The notes beneath the pieces are model-generated. The model was not told the origin of the DNA. It was given only the letters and a program-made list of their open reading frames with translations, and did not search any database. A DNA stretch of 64,000 bases from Candidatus Aldehydirespirator sp. Lineage in GTDB: Bacteria; Actinomycetota; Acidimicrobiia; Acidimicrobiales; Aldehydirespiratoraceae. Where the stretch lies: assembly GCA_965205155.1 (NCBI GenBank), contig OZ242033.1, forward strand, positions 628,590 to 692,589, in the 5' to 3' direction. The position numbers and the translations under genes were made by a program. Shown piece after piece: positions 45,297 through 55,302 of the stretch (position 1 is the stretch's first letter; every line of letters begins with the position of its first letter).

Positions 45297-46194
45297 GGCC
45301 GGCCGGCTCCAGGAAGTCGCGCATGGCCGCCACGCACTCCACAGGCTGCTCCAACTGGAGGAAGTGCGTGGCGTCCGGGAGGAAGTCGTAGTCCACGGTC
45401 ATCATGTCGCTCAGGTCCAGAGTCGGAAGGTACGAGTACGGCAGCGTCGGGTCGGCTCCGATCACCTTCGTGGGGCACTTCAGGGTCTCGAAATCGACGA
45501 GCACCGCGAAGATCCGCGCATGGGCAATGATCTGCGCCTCATGCGCCCGCGGGCATCGCAACTCGAAGCCGGAGCCGTCCGCAGTCTCACGCAAAGTCGT
45601 CGTCGCCATCAAGTCCATCACACCGGGCACGGTGTGCTTGAATGTGGGCAGGAAGCCGAGAAGACTAATGAAGTCCTCTCTGGTCTTGAAGTTCGGCGCT
45701 CGTCGCTCCGCCATCCTGGCTGTCCGTTCGGCCGCCTCGTCGAATTCGTTGGTGGTCGCGCCCGGTTTGCGCAGGGGAGGATCGAACAGGATCAGGGCCG
45801 AGAACCGGCTCCCCTCGGTGGGCGACAGCAGGGGAGCGAACGACGAGACCGAGTGGAACACGCCCACCTGCGGCTTGGAGCCGTAGTGGTCGTCGATCGC
45901 GTCGAGGATCAGGTCATGGTCCTCCACGAAGGTCGGCACGGTGTGGTTCGCCAGAGGACTTACCGCGTTCCAGCCGTGGCTTCTCAGGTCATAGACCACA
46001 ATGTCGAAGTCGTCGATCAGTTGCGACCAGAACGGGTAGTAGAGGTCTATCGACAGGCCATTGCCGTGGCACAGTATGAGCCGGGTGCCGTCCGGGTTGC
46101 CGTGACGGCGCACAGTGATGACCGCCTCGTCGCCCATCCGGACCTCGTGGGCGGACAGAGGCACGGGTACGGCCCAGACGGCTTCTGACACCAT
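45289..46194 (-). CDS. alpha/beta-fold hydrolase
   Basis: HGNG oxyanion-type motif (LILCHGNGLS) and a nucleophile-elbow region VGVFHSVSS. Its stop overlaps the PKS start by 8 nt. Confidence 0.75.
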
Positions 46195-46226
46195 CGATGC
46201 GATGGTAACGGACGTAGGTCCGATCC

Positions 46227-48002
46227 CTATCGGCCGGGCCGGTTCGTGGACCTGACTTGAACCGTGACGATGTCGAGTCCGTGGAATCTCTGGTGGTGCA
46301 CCGACGATGCGTAGTGGCGCAGCAGCCGCAGAGATATTTCGCCGCCCTCTAGGCCCTCGGCACCCTGCGCCTCCTCGTTGAGGTAGGCCAGCCGGTCCTC
46401 AAGGTTCTCGTCGTCAAACACGGCCAGGAACTCCAACTCCACCACTGACCCGCTGGGACGCGCCTCTACGATCAGGCGGGGAGCGTGGTCTGCGACCTGC
46501 CCGTCACCCGGCTGATCGTGACTCCGCAGCAGGCTGATCAGCGTCTCCTCGGCGGCCGCGTTCAGCCGTTGCACCGAGACGTCGTTCCAGCCCGCGGCGG
46601 CTGCCACTCTCTGGAGGAACTGCCGGATCTGGGGCAGCGAGGCGAGGTCCAGATCCACTTCGAGCCGTCCCCGCCCTCGCGGGCTGGTCAGGTTGAGGAA
46701 CAGGGTCATCACCACAGCGGCGATCGTGCCGGCCAGCAGGCCGTTGTCGAGCAGCTTTCCCCAAGCTCCCCCCAGCGCGTCGGCGATGATGGTCTGCTGG
46801 TCGAGGCCCGCCCCGATCGCGAACGCCATTCCCGCAATCAGCGCCTTGTGGCGGTCGAGTCCGTCCTGCACCACTGTTCGGACCCCTCCGACGAAGATCA
46901 GGGCGATCGCGGTGAGCACGTAGGCCCCCATCACCGGGCTGGGGATGGTGAGCAGGACGGCCGTCACCTTGGGGAGGAACGCCAGCGCCAGCAGGGTCGC
47001 GCCGATGACGTACCCGGCACGCCGGGATGCGACGCCGGTGAGGCTTGTGAGCGACACACTGGTCGCCGAGTAGACGGTGGTGGGCGGTGCTCCCGCGAGG
47101 CCGGAGAGCAGGATGCCGAGGCCGTTGGTGTTCAGGGATCCCTGCACGACGCGGAAGTCGGTGGCCCGAGGCCTGCGCAGGCTGGCCTGCTGTACGGCCA
47201 CGCAGTCGCCCATGTTCTTGATGCCGCCCACCAGTGTGACCACCACAAAGACGGGCAGCAGTGTCCAGAAGCCGACGCCGGGGGTCAGGTCGATCCCGGG
47301 GAGGCCGGCGCCGGGAATTCCGGCCCAGGGCGCTTCGGTTACCGGCCCTGCGTCGTAGGCGCCGAGAGGGACCGCCGCCGCGCAGCCCGCAGCTATGCCG
47401 ACCACTGGCGACCAGAGCCGCCAAGGGCCGGAAGCCCGCAGCGCCATCGCCACTGTCACGGCCAGGGAGACGAGGGTGATCGCCGGACCGGCGGCATCGG
47501 CCGCGCCCTCGGGTATCTCTCGGACCCGGTCGTAGGCGACGGGCAGGATCGTCACCGCGATCAGCATGAGGACCGTGCCCGACACCACCGGAGTGATGAC
47601 CCTGCGGAGCAGCGGCAGCCACAGCGCCAGAGCTACGTAGAAGAGCGCCGCAGCCACGGTCAGGCTGGCCAGCAGCGGCGGTCCGCCCTCATTCAAGGCC
47701 AGGACCGAGATGGCTACGAAGTTGGGAGTTGTGCCCATGATCAGGATGTGGCCTGCGCCGAACCTCCAGAACCGGGTGGCCTGGAGAGCCGTCAGGGCGC
47801 CCGAGATGATCAACGCAGCAAAGACGGCCCACTCGAGATAGCTCTGATCCTGGCCGCCCGCCCGGGCGGTGACCGCCACAATCAGCACCAGTGGTGCCAG
47901 TCCGAGAACGGCGCCCTGAAGGCCCACCGCCACCGACACCGGCGCGGGGCAGGGCTCGTCCGGCTCGTAACGGATGGACTGGTTGGCTTCCGGTGATGTC
48001 AT
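46227..48002 (-). CDS. NCS2-family (xanthine/uracil-type) permease with a ~145-aa C-terminal cytoplasmic domain, paralogue 1
   Basis: Multi-TM protein with an NCS2-like segment (PPTTVYSATSVSLTSLTGVASRR). The C-terminal soluble domain is not typical of the family. Confidence 0.75.
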   Translation of the reverse strand: MTSPEANQSIRYEPDEPCPAPVSVAVGLQGAVLGLAPLVLIVAVTARAGGQDQSYLEWAVFAALIISGALTALQATRFWRFGAGHILIMGTTPNFVAISVLALNEGGPPLLASLTVAAALFYVALALWLPLLRRVITPVVSGTVLMLIAVTILPVAYDRVREIPEGAADAAGPAITLVSLAVTVAMALRASGPWRLWSPVVGIAAGCAAAVPLGAYDAGPVTEAPWAGIPGAGLPGIDLTPGVGFWTLLPVFVVVTLVGGIKNMGDCVAVQQASLRRPRATDFRVVQGSLNTNGLGILLSGLAGAPPTTVYSATSVSLTSLTGVASRRAGYVIGATLLALAFLPKVTAVLLTIPSPVMGAYVLTAIALIFVGGVRTVVQDGLDRHKALIAGMAFAIGAGLDQQTIIADALGGAWGKLLDNGLLAGTIAAVVMTLFLNLTSPRGRGRLEVDLDLASLPQIRQFLQRVAAAAGWNDVSVQRLNAAAEETLISLLRSHDQPGDGQVADHAPRLIVEARPSGSVVELEFLAVFDDENLEDRLAYLNEEAQGAEGLEGGEISLRLLRHYASSVHHQRFHGLDIVTVQVRSTNRPGR

Positions 48003-48078
48003 CGAGGCCCCTCATTGTCGCGCTGTCGCGGACTACGGCCGACGTTATGGCATTCCACCACCTCGATTGGCAGAGAGA

Positions 48079-49839
48079 TTAGCCGGAGGCCTTGACCTGG
48101 ACCGTGACGATGTCCAGTCCGTGGAACTTCTGGTGGTGGACCGAGGACGCGTAGTGCCGCAGCAGGCGGAGCGATATCTCTCCCTCGCCGAGTCCGCCCG
48201 CGCCCTCGGCTTCCTCGCTCAAGTACGCCAGCCGATCCTCCAGGTTCTCGTCGTCGAACACGGCCATGAACTCCAGTTCAACCATCGAGCCCCCGGGTCG
48301 CGCTCCGATGATCAAGCGGGGCGCCTCACCGGACTTGCCGCGATCGACCCGGTCCTCACTGCCCTGCAGCAGGCTCATCAGCGTCTCCTCGGCCGCCGCG
48401 TCCAGGCGTTGCGCCGAGGCGTCGTTCCAACCCGCGGCGGATGCCACCCTCCGGAGGAACTCTTGGATCTCGGGGAGCGAGGCCGGGTCCAGCTCGACAT
48501 CCAGCCGCCCACGTCGGTGGCCGCTGGTGAGGTTCAGGAACACGGTCATCACCACCGCGACGATCGCGCCGGCCAGCAGGCCGTTGTCGAGCAGCTTGCC
48601 CCAGGTGCCCCCGAAGACGTCGGTGACGATGGTCTGCTGGTCGAGGCCCGCGCCGATCGCGAACGCCATTCCGGCCACCAGCGCCTTCTGGCGGTCGAGC
48701 CCGTCCTGCACGACCGTCCGGACCCCGCCCACGAAGATCAGCGCAAGGGTGACGAGCACGTAGGCACCCATCACTGGTTTGGGGATGGTGAGCAGGACGG
48801 CCGTGACCTTGGGGAGGAAGGCCAGCGCCAGCAGCGTGGACCCGACGGCGTACCCGACGCGGCGGGACGCGACCCCGGTGAGGCTGGCCAGCGACACGCT
48901 GGTCGCCGAGTAGACGGTGGTGGGCGGCGTCCCGGCGAGGCCGGCGAGCAGGATGCCGAGCCCGTTGGTGTTCAGCGATCCCTGAACGACCCGGAAATCG
49001 GTCACCCGCGGCCGGCGGCGGCTGGCCTGCTGCACGGCTACGCAGTCGCCCAGGTTCTTTATGCCGCTCACCAGGGTTACCACCACGAAGGCGGGCAGGA
49101 GCGTCCAGAAGTCGACGCCGGGACTCAGGTCGATCCCGGGGAAGCCGGCGCCGGGGAGTCCTGCCCAGGGCGCGTCGGCTACCGGCCCCGCGTCGTAGGC
49201 GCCGAGCGGGATCGCGACGATGCAGCCGGCGGCGACTCCGATCACCGGTGACCACAATCGCCACCGTCCCGAGGCTCGCAGCGCCATGGCGGCCGTCACC
49301 GCCAGCGTCACCAGCATGAGCAAGGGCCCGGCCCCATCGGCGGCTCCGTCGGGCACCTCCCGTACGCGGTCGAAGGTGACGGGCAGGATGGTGACGCCGA
49401 GCAGCATGAGGACCGTGCCCGAGACCACCGGTGTCAGGACTTTGCGGATCCGCGGCAGCCACAGCGCCAGCGCGACGTAGAAGAGCGACGCCGCGACGGT
49501 CAGGCTGGCCAGCAGCGGGGGCCCGCCTTCGGTGAGGGCCAGGACCGAGATGGCCACGAAGTTGGGGGTGGTGCCCATGATCAGGATGTGGCCGGCGCCG
49601 AACCGCCAGAACCGGGTGGCCTGGAGCGCGGTCAGGCAACCCGAGATGATCAGGGCCGCGAAGACCGCCCACTCCAGGTAGCTCTGGTCCTGCCCGCCCG
49701 CCACGCCGGTGATGACCACGAAGAGCACCAGCGGTGCCAGCCCGAGGACGGCGCCCTGAAGTCCCACGACGACCGACACCGGCACGGGGCAGATCTCGTC
49801 GGGCTCGTACCGGATGGCCTGTTCGGCGGGTGACGTCAT
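48079..49839 (-). CDS. NCS2-family permease with C-terminal cytoplasmic domain, paralogue 2
   Basis: Roughly 80% identical to paralogue 1 by eye over the full length. Confidence 0.75.
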   Translation of the reverse strand: MTSPAEQAIRYEPDEICPVPVSVVVGLQGAVLGLAPLVLFVVITGVAGGQDQSYLEWAVFAALIISGCLTALQATRFWRFGAGHILIMGTTPNFVAISVLALTEGGPPLLASLTVAASLFYVALALWLPRIRKVLTPVVSGTVLMLLGVTILPVTFDRVREVPDGAADGAGPLLMLVTLAVTAAMALRASGRWRLWSPVIGVAAGCIVAIPLGAYDAGPVADAPWAGLPGAGFPGIDLSPGVDFWTLLPAFVVVTLVSGIKNLGDCVAVQQASRRRPRVTDFRVVQGSLNTNGLGILLAGLAGTPPTTVYSATSVSLASLTGVASRRVGYAVGSTLLALAFLPKVTAVLLTIPKPVMGAYVLVTLALIFVGGVRTVVQDGLDRQKALVAGMAFAIGAGLDQQTIVTDVFGGTWGKLLDNGLLAGAIVAVVMTVFLNLTSGHRRGRLDVELDPASLPEIQEFLRRVASAAGWNDASAQRLDAAAEETLMSLLQGSEDRVDRGKSGEAPRLIIGARPGGSMVELEFMAVFDDENLEDRLAYLSEEAEGAGGLGEGEISLRLLRHYASSVHHQKFHGLDIVTVQVKASG

Positions 49840-49939
49840 CGGCGTCTCCCAGTCTCGCGCTACTACCGCGACACGAACGGGATCCGGGGCTGGCTCTGAT
49901 TCAGCGTTGATAGCGTCAGTTTGGCGTTACTCTGTAGGA

Positions 49940-50182
49940 ATGGCCACCATCCAGATCAAGCATGTGCCCGAGGACGTCCATCGCAAGCTCAGGATCCGGG
50001 CCGCCGCCGCCGGCCAATCGTTGCAGCAGTACATGCTCGACGCGATCTGTCGACAGGCGGACCTCGCCAGTGCCGAGGAGATACTCGCTCGAAAGCGGGT
50101 CGAGGCTCTCACTTACGGTGAGACGCACCTGGACCCGAGCGTCGTCGTGGAGGTCATCCGGGCCGATCGCGAGTCTCATTGA
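49940..50182 (+). CDS. vapB: ribbon-helix-helix antitoxin (VapB/FitA-like)
   Basis: MATIQIKHVPEDVHRKLRIRAAAAGQSLQQYM is a typical RHH antitoxin N-terminus. 4-nt overlap with the PIN gene. Confidence 0.8.
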   Translation: MATIQIKHVPEDVHRKLRIRAAAAGQSLQQYMLDAICRQADLASAEEILARKRVEALTYGETHLDPSVVVEVIRADRESH

Positions 50183-50574
50183 TCGTCGTCGACGCCAGCG
50201 TGGCCACGGAGGCGGTGGCTGGATCGAGCGAGCGCAATCTGAGAGCGCTGAGCCGTATCACTGGTGAGGCCGCACTGGCGCCGCATGTCCTTGACCTCGA
50301 GGTGGCTTCGGCGCTCAGGGGGCTCGTACGGCGTGGGGAGCTTGCGGAGCCGATCGCTCGCAGCGGGCTGCGGCATCTGGCGGTGCTGCCGATCGCTCGC
50401 GTCCCTCATGAGCCGCTTCTGGAGCGGTGCTGGGAACTGCGCGACAACCTCACCGTGTACGACGCGGCCTATGTGGCCCTCGCCGAGGCGACCGGTGCCA
50501 CGTTGTTGACCTCCGACCAGCGACTGGCACAGGCGCCCGGCATCCGCTGCAAGGTCGAACTGCTGGAGCCGTGA
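50179..50574 (+). CDS. vapC: PIN-domain toxin (VapC)
   Basis: TTG start overlapping the antitoxin stop. IVVDASV…, YDAAYVALAE, LLTSDQRL acidic PIN pattern. Confidence 0.85.
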   Translation: MIVVDASVATEAVAGSSERNLRALSRITGEAALAPHVLDLEVASALRGLVRRGELAEPIARSGLRHLAVLPIARVPHEPLLERCWELRDNLTVYDAAYVALAEATGATLLTSDQRLAQAPGIRCKVELLEP

Positions 50575-50635
50575 ACAGCTCTGGGCTCCGGTGCGGGCTT
50601 GGACTCGCTTCGGGGGGCTCCGGTAGGGTCGCGGT

Positions 50636-51814
50636 GTGATCGCGGACCTGGAGCACGAGCCGGTGGTGGAGCGTCTGCGGCGCGCCGTGGGCGAGACGGG
50701 CGGGCTGGTCGACGCCCCGCTCGACAGCCCGATGCTGCAGCCCTACGAGGTCTACGACCAGGACCTGTTCGACCTCGAGATGGTGCGGGTCTACGCCCGG
50801 TCCTGGGTGTGGCTGGGCGACACCGAGGACCTCGTCGAGCCCGGCGACTTCATAACCGGGACCATCGGCTACCAGCCGGTGATGGTCGTCCGCCAGGAGG
50901 ACGGCTCGGTCCGGGGATTCCTCAACAACTGCCGCCACCGGGCCTCGGGGCTCCTGTACGAGCCGGCCGGCAACTGCGGCAAGACCATGACCTGCCCCTA
51001 CCACAACTGGGCCTACAACATCGACGGGCGCCTGATCGGCATCCCCGACCGGGCCCGCATGTACCCCGACGACCTTCCCGACGAGAACTACGGGCTGGTG
51101 CCGATACGGATCGAGGTGGCCTGGGACAAGCTCGTCTTCGGCTGCCTGTCCCGCAGGGCGCCAACGTTCCGGGAGTGGATCGCGCCGCTGGCCCAGCGTT
51201 ACGACCTCTACCGGTTCGGCAACTTCACCCGCTACTACCGGGAGCTGGACGAGACCTATCCCATCAACTGGAAGGCCTTCGCGGAGAACTCCAACGACGA
51301 CTACCACGTTCGCTTCGTGCACCGGCGCCTCAACCGCTTCCGCAAGCAGATGGACACCATCGTGCGCTTCGAGGGCCGCACCTGCAGCGGCTTCAAACCC
51401 CACTCCGAGGCCGAGGACGCCACCGGCGGGCGCACCGACCTCACCGATGAGCAGCTCCTCGGCCACTACGCCGACTTCATCTACCCGAACCTCACGCCGC
51501 TGCCCTACCCGACGCAGCTGATCCTGGTGCGGGCCGACCCCATCGCCTGTGACCGCACCCGGCTGTTCAGCCGCATCTACGGCGTCGACAAGTCGGCGGA
51601 GGAGCAGGACTTCGAGCTGGACCGTCTGGCCACCACCAACCTCGAGGACACCAACATGGTGACCGAGCTGATGAAGAACCTGCGCTCGCCCTTCTACCGG
51701 GTCGGGCCGGCCTCGACCTGGGAGGGCCGGGCCGCCCATGTGATGAAGCTGGTGCGGGCCGACGTGGCCACCCCGCTGGCCGACGACGAGTTCGACGGTC
51801 CGGTCGACGGCTGA
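50636..51814 (+). CDS. Rieske (2Fe-2S) / non-haem-iron oxygenase alpha subunit
   Basis: CRHRAS…CPYHNW and ENSNDDYHVRFVH. GTG start. Confidence 0.85.
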   Translation: MIADLEHEPVVERLRRAVGETGGLVDAPLDSPMLQPYEVYDQDLFDLEMVRVYARSWVWLGDTEDLVEPGDFITGTIGYQPVMVVRQEDGSVRGFLNNCRHRASGLLYEPAGNCGKTMTCPYHNWAYNIDGRLIGIPDRARMYPDDLPDENYGLVPIRIEVAWDKLVFGCLSRRAPTFREWIAPLAQRYDLYRFGNFTRYYRELDETYPINWKAFAENSNDDYHVRFVHRRLNRFRKQMDTIVRFEGRTCSGFKPHSEAEDATGGRTDLTDEQLLGHYADFIYPNLTPLPYPTQLILVRADPIACDRTRLFSRIYGVDKSAEEQDFELDRLATTNLEDTNMVTELMKNLRSPFYRVGPASTWEGRAAHVMKLVRADVATPLADDEFDGPVDG

Positions 51815-51819
51815 CAGCG

Positions 51820-51962
51820 AGCGCGGATAGGTAATGAGTCCCTCGCGTCGCAGCGGTGTCACTCCCGCTCTTGTTCGCTGCGCTCACGGGCCGCCCGGGC
51901 CACGGCCTCGCTCAGGGCCTCGCTGGATGCCCATCAGCCGCGGACCATCCGCTCGGCCTCTG
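51820..51962 (+). repeat. intergenic repeat element, copy 2
   Basis: …CTCGCGTCGCAGCGGTGTCACTCCCGCTCTTGTTCGCTGCGCTCACGGGCCGCCCGGGCC… aligns with copy 1, including the distal …CCGCTCGGCCTCTGGC end. Confidence 0.75.
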
Positions 51963-51970
51963 GCTCCCCG

Positions 51971-52762
51971 ATGACTAGCCCGACCCCGATGGCCTCCGCA
52001 GTGGCGGCCGGCAAGCTGCGCCGGGCCCGGCATCTGTTGGGCGCCGACGGCAGGGCCGTGTTCGTGGCCATGGACCATCCCGCCTACATGGGCGCGGGAG
52101 TCGGCCCGGCCGCGGCCGGCGCCATCGCCTCGGCCCGACCCGACGCCATCCTGGCCACCTGGCAGCTGGCCCGGTCCCGCCCCGAGGCCTTCGCCACCTC
52201 GGGCCTGATACTCAGGGTGGACGGCGGGATCTCCGATTTGGGCGAGCCCCCCGCCTCCGACACCACATCGCTGCTGTACTCGGCCGAGCAGGCGCTGGTG
52301 CTCGGAGCCGACGCGGTGGTGATCATGGTGTTCCCCGGCACGCCCGACGAGGAGCGCTCGCTGGGGCGGCTGGCCCGCCTCGCGGCCGAGTGCGAGCAGC
52401 TCGGCCTGCCCGTCATGGCCGAGTCGATCCCGGGCGGTTGGCCCCGGGCGGTCGAATGGAATGCCGAGAACGTCGGTCGGGGAGCCCGGATCGCGGTCGA
52501 GCTCGGAGCCGACATCGTCAAGACGGTCTGTCCCGGCCCCGCCGAGGAGTTCGCCGCGGTGGCCGAGGCCTGCCCTGCACCGGTGGTCGCGCTGGGCGGC
52601 CCCAAGGTCGACGACGAGGACCAGGTCGTGGCGCTGGCCCGCGGCGTGGTCACCGCCGGAGGCGCGGGCGTGGCCTTCGGCCGCAACGTCTGGGGCTCCG
52701 ACGACCCGGCTGCACTGGTGGGACGCCTGATGGAAGCCGTTCACGGTGCGGGGACGGGCTGA
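51971..52762 (+). CDS. class I aldolase family protein (DhnA/LsrF/DeoC-like)
   Basis: Pattern ILRVDGGIS…GADAVVIMVFPG…MAESIPGG…ELGADIVKT, typical of DhnA-type aldolases. Confidence 0.7.
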   Translation: MTSPTPMASAVAAGKLRRARHLLGADGRAVFVAMDHPAYMGAGVGPAAAGAIASARPDAILATWQLARSRPEAFATSGLILRVDGGISDLGEPPASDTTSLLYSAEQALVLGADAVVIMVFPGTPDEERSLGRLARLAAECEQLGLPVMAESIPGGWPRAVEWNAENVGRGARIAVELGADIVKTVCPGPAEEFAAVAEACPAPVVALGGPKVDDEDQVVALARGVVTAGGAGVAFGRNVWGSDDPAALVGRLMEAVHGAGTG

Positions 52763-53334
52763 TGGGCGCGCCCCCGGCGTCGGCGCTCGATGACCGCCTG
52801 TACCAGCGCCTAACCGATCTCGTATCGGCCGACTCGGCCGACTCGCCCGACCGGGGTCCCGGCCACACCGATCTGCGTCCCGCGGTGGAGCAGGCCCTCT
52901 ACCACGAGGCCCGGCTGCTGGACGACCGCGACTACCGGGGGTGGCTGGAGCGGTTCACCGACGACTGCGTCTACTGGGTCCCCCTCGATCCGGTCACCGA
53001 TCCCCGCACGAGAGTCTCCTACTTCCTCGATGACCGCCGCCGCATGGCCGACCGCATCGGACTGCTGGAGACCGGATGGGCCCACGCCCAGGAGCCGCCG
53101 TCGAGGACCTCCCGCACCGTGTCGAACGTGGAGGCCTGGCCCACCGGTGACGGCGACACTCTGGCCCGCTGCTCGACGGTGGTGTGGGAGCACCGCAAGG
53201 ACCGGCTGACCCCGTTCGCGAGTCGCAACGACTATGTGCTGGCCTCGCTGGGAGACGGCTGGGCCATCAGGTACAAGATCGTTCGCCTCGTGGACCGCGC
53301 CGGCGATGTCCGCAAGTTCTCGTTCGTGCTATAG
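52762..53334 (+). CDS. aromatic-ring-hydroxylating dioxygenase beta subunit (NTF2/SnoaL-like)
   Basis: Start at 52762 overlaps the aldolase stop. EQALYHEARLLDDRDYRGWLERFTDDCVYWVP is a typical beta-subunit signature. Confidence 0.8.
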   Translation: MGAPPASALDDRLYQRLTDLVSADSADSPDRGPGHTDLRPAVEQALYHEARLLDDRDYRGWLERFTDDCVYWVPLDPVTDPRTRVSYFLDDRRRMADRIGLLETGWAHAQEPPSRTSRTVSNVEAWPTGDGDTLARCSTVVWEHRKDRLTPFASRNDYVLASLGDGWAIRYKIVRLVDRAGDVRKFSFVL

Positions 53335-53351
53335 GTGGGTCACGTGAAGCC

Positions 53352-54665
53352 ATGAACGATCTCGACGCTCTGATCCAGCCCCACCGGGTCCATCGCTCGC
53401 TCTACACCGACAGCGACATCTTCGTCACCGAGATGGAGAGGATCTTCGGGGGCGCCTGGGTCTATCTCGCCCACGAGAGCCAGCTGCCCGAACCGAACGA
53501 CTTCATCACGGCCCGGATGGGCCTGCGCCCCCTGATCCTCACCCGCGACTCCGACGGCGGGCTGCACGGGCTGTTCAACCGCTGCGCCCACCGGGCTTCG
53601 ACCGTCTGCCAGTCCGAGTGCGGGTCGGCGCGGCGCTTCCAGTGCTCCTACCACGGGTGGACCTACTCGAACCGGGGCGAGCTGGTCAACGTGCCCTTCG
53701 TCGAGGGCTACCCGCCGGAGTTCGACAAGTCCGACCACGGCCTGGCCCTCCTGCCGCGCCTGGGCACCTACCGCGGCCTGATCTTCGGCACGCTCAACCT
53801 CGACGCGCCCACCCTGGCCGAGTGGCTCGGCCCGGCCGGCCCGCTGATCGACGAGTTCGTGGACCGCTCGCCGGCGGGACGCATAGAGGTGCGCAACTGC
53901 CAGCGGATGATCTATCGCGGCAACTGGAAGCTGGCCTGGGACAACGCCGGCGACGGGCTGCACCCCACTTTCGCCCATCGCAGCTTCCTGGTGCTCAACG
54001 AGCGCCAGCACGGGGGCGCCCGCTCGCTGTCGCAGTTCAAGGCCAGCCCCGACGACACCGGCATGTACGGCCTCGACCTGGGCCACGGCCACATGTTCGT
54101 GGACCAGCGTCCCGGCCTGCAGCAGTCCTTCTGGGAGACGCAGCGGCCGGTGCCGGGACGGGAGTGGTATGCGGACCGCATCTCGGAACGCTTCGGTGAC
54201 GACGCGTCCGGCGTGCTGGAGATGGCGCCGGGCTCGATGGTGAACCTCTCGATCTTCCCGAACCTGCTCATCAAGGGCAACACCCTCGAGACGGTGGACC
54301 CGGTGAGCGTGGGCGAGACCCGGCTGCACACCTGGGTCGCGGCCGCGGAGGGAGCGCCCGACGAGGTGAACGTCCTGCGCATGCGGATCGCCGAGGACTT
54401 CCCCAGCCTCGGCAACCCTGACGACCTGGAGATATTCGAGCGCTGCCAGGAGGGTCTGGCCATACCGGAGGTGGAGTGGGTGGACATGAGCAAGGGGCTC
54501 GGGCACGGGGCCGAGGAGGTGACCGCCGACGGGGTGAGGCGGGCGCCGGTCACCCACGAGGGCCCGATGCGGGGCTACCTGCGGGCGTGGCTGGAGTTGA
54601 TGTCGGCCGACGCGAAGCTAACCACGGCCCGGGCCGGCGAGGCCAGCTTCGAGAAGGCCGCATGA
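53352..54665 (+). CDS. Rieske oxygenase alpha subunit (partner of the preceding beta subunit)
   Basis: Start MNDLDALIQPHR at 53352. CAHRAS…CSYHGW and DNAGDGLHPTFAH. Confidence 0.85.
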   Translation: MNDLDALIQPHRVHRSLYTDSDIFVTEMERIFGGAWVYLAHESQLPEPNDFITARMGLRPLILTRDSDGGLHGLFNRCAHRASTVCQSECGSARRFQCSYHGWTYSNRGELVNVPFVEGYPPEFDKSDHGLALLPRLGTYRGLIFGTLNLDAPTLAEWLGPAGPLIDEFVDRSPAGRIEVRNCQRMIYRGNWKLAWDNAGDGLHPTFAHRSFLVLNERQHGGARSLSQFKASPDDTGMYGLDLGHGHMFVDQRPGLQQSFWETQRPVPGREWYADRISERFGDDASGVLEMAPGSMVNLSIFPNLLIKGNTLETVDPVSVGETRLHTWVAAAEGAPDEVNVLRMRIAEDFPSLGNPDDLEIFERCQEGLAIPEVEWVDMSKGLGHGAEEVTADGVRRAPVTHEGPMRGYLRAWLELMSADAKLTTARAGEASFEKAA

Positions 54666-55297
54666 CGCCTCTCGGGCGGGTCCTGCAGGAGGTGGTCGTG
54701 CCCCGCTGCGAGGGCCGGGCGGTCGAGGTGCGGGCCGGGCAGGTGCTCAGGATCGTGGCGCTGGACGGCCCGCAGGTGGCCGACTCGACGTTCCTGGCTC
54801 TCGACAACCCCCGCGAGGGCTATCACGCCGGCCAGACGGTGGCCCTCAACATGCTGGCCGGGACGGGGACCATGCGGCGGATCACCACGCTGTGGTCGCG
54901 CCCGCCCTACGAGCGGCCCATGCTGACCGTGATCGACGACCCGGTCGGCGTTCACTTCGCCTGGAACGGCGGCCGCTGCTCGGCGGGCGTCTACTCCGTC
55001 CGCGACGGCATCGAATCGGGTCACCGGACCTGCCAGGGCAACCTGGAGGAGGCCGTCAGGCCCTGGGGCGTGGACCCGGACCTGATACCGGACGTGTTCA
55101 ACGTGTTCATGTACACCGATGTGGAGGACGAGCGGCGTCTGGTGTTCCGGGAGTCGCCCGCGGCTGCTGGCGACTACATCGACCTGCGAGCCGAGATCGA
55201 CGTGCTGGCCGCAGTGTCGGCCTGCCCCAGCGAGACGTCCGCGTCCAATGGCGGCGAGCCGAAGCGCCTGGGGCTGGAAGTTCGGGAAGGGGAATAG
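54662..55297 (+). CDS. DUF1989-family (urea-carboxylase-associated-like) protein
   Basis: ATGA overlap with the alpha subunit. VVPRCEGRAVEVRAGQVLRIVALDGPQVAD…SACP pattern. Confidence 0.7.
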   Translation: MTPLGRVLQEVVVPRCEGRAVEVRAGQVLRIVALDGPQVADSTFLALDNPREGYHAGQTVALNMLAGTGTMRRITTLWSRPPYERPMLTVIDDPVGVHFAWNGGRCSAGVYSVRDGIESGHRTCQGNLEEAVRPWGVDPDLIPDVFNVFMYTDVEDERRLVFRESPAAAGDYIDLRAEIDVLAAVSACPSETSASNGGEPKRLGLEVREGE

Positions 55298-55302
55298 CTG
55301 CG

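Noticed and set aside
49940-50574. VapBC as a novel defence or TA system
   Set aside because: It is an ordinary RHH-antitoxin/PIN-toxin pair with the standard 4-nt overlap. It is listed as a feature only.
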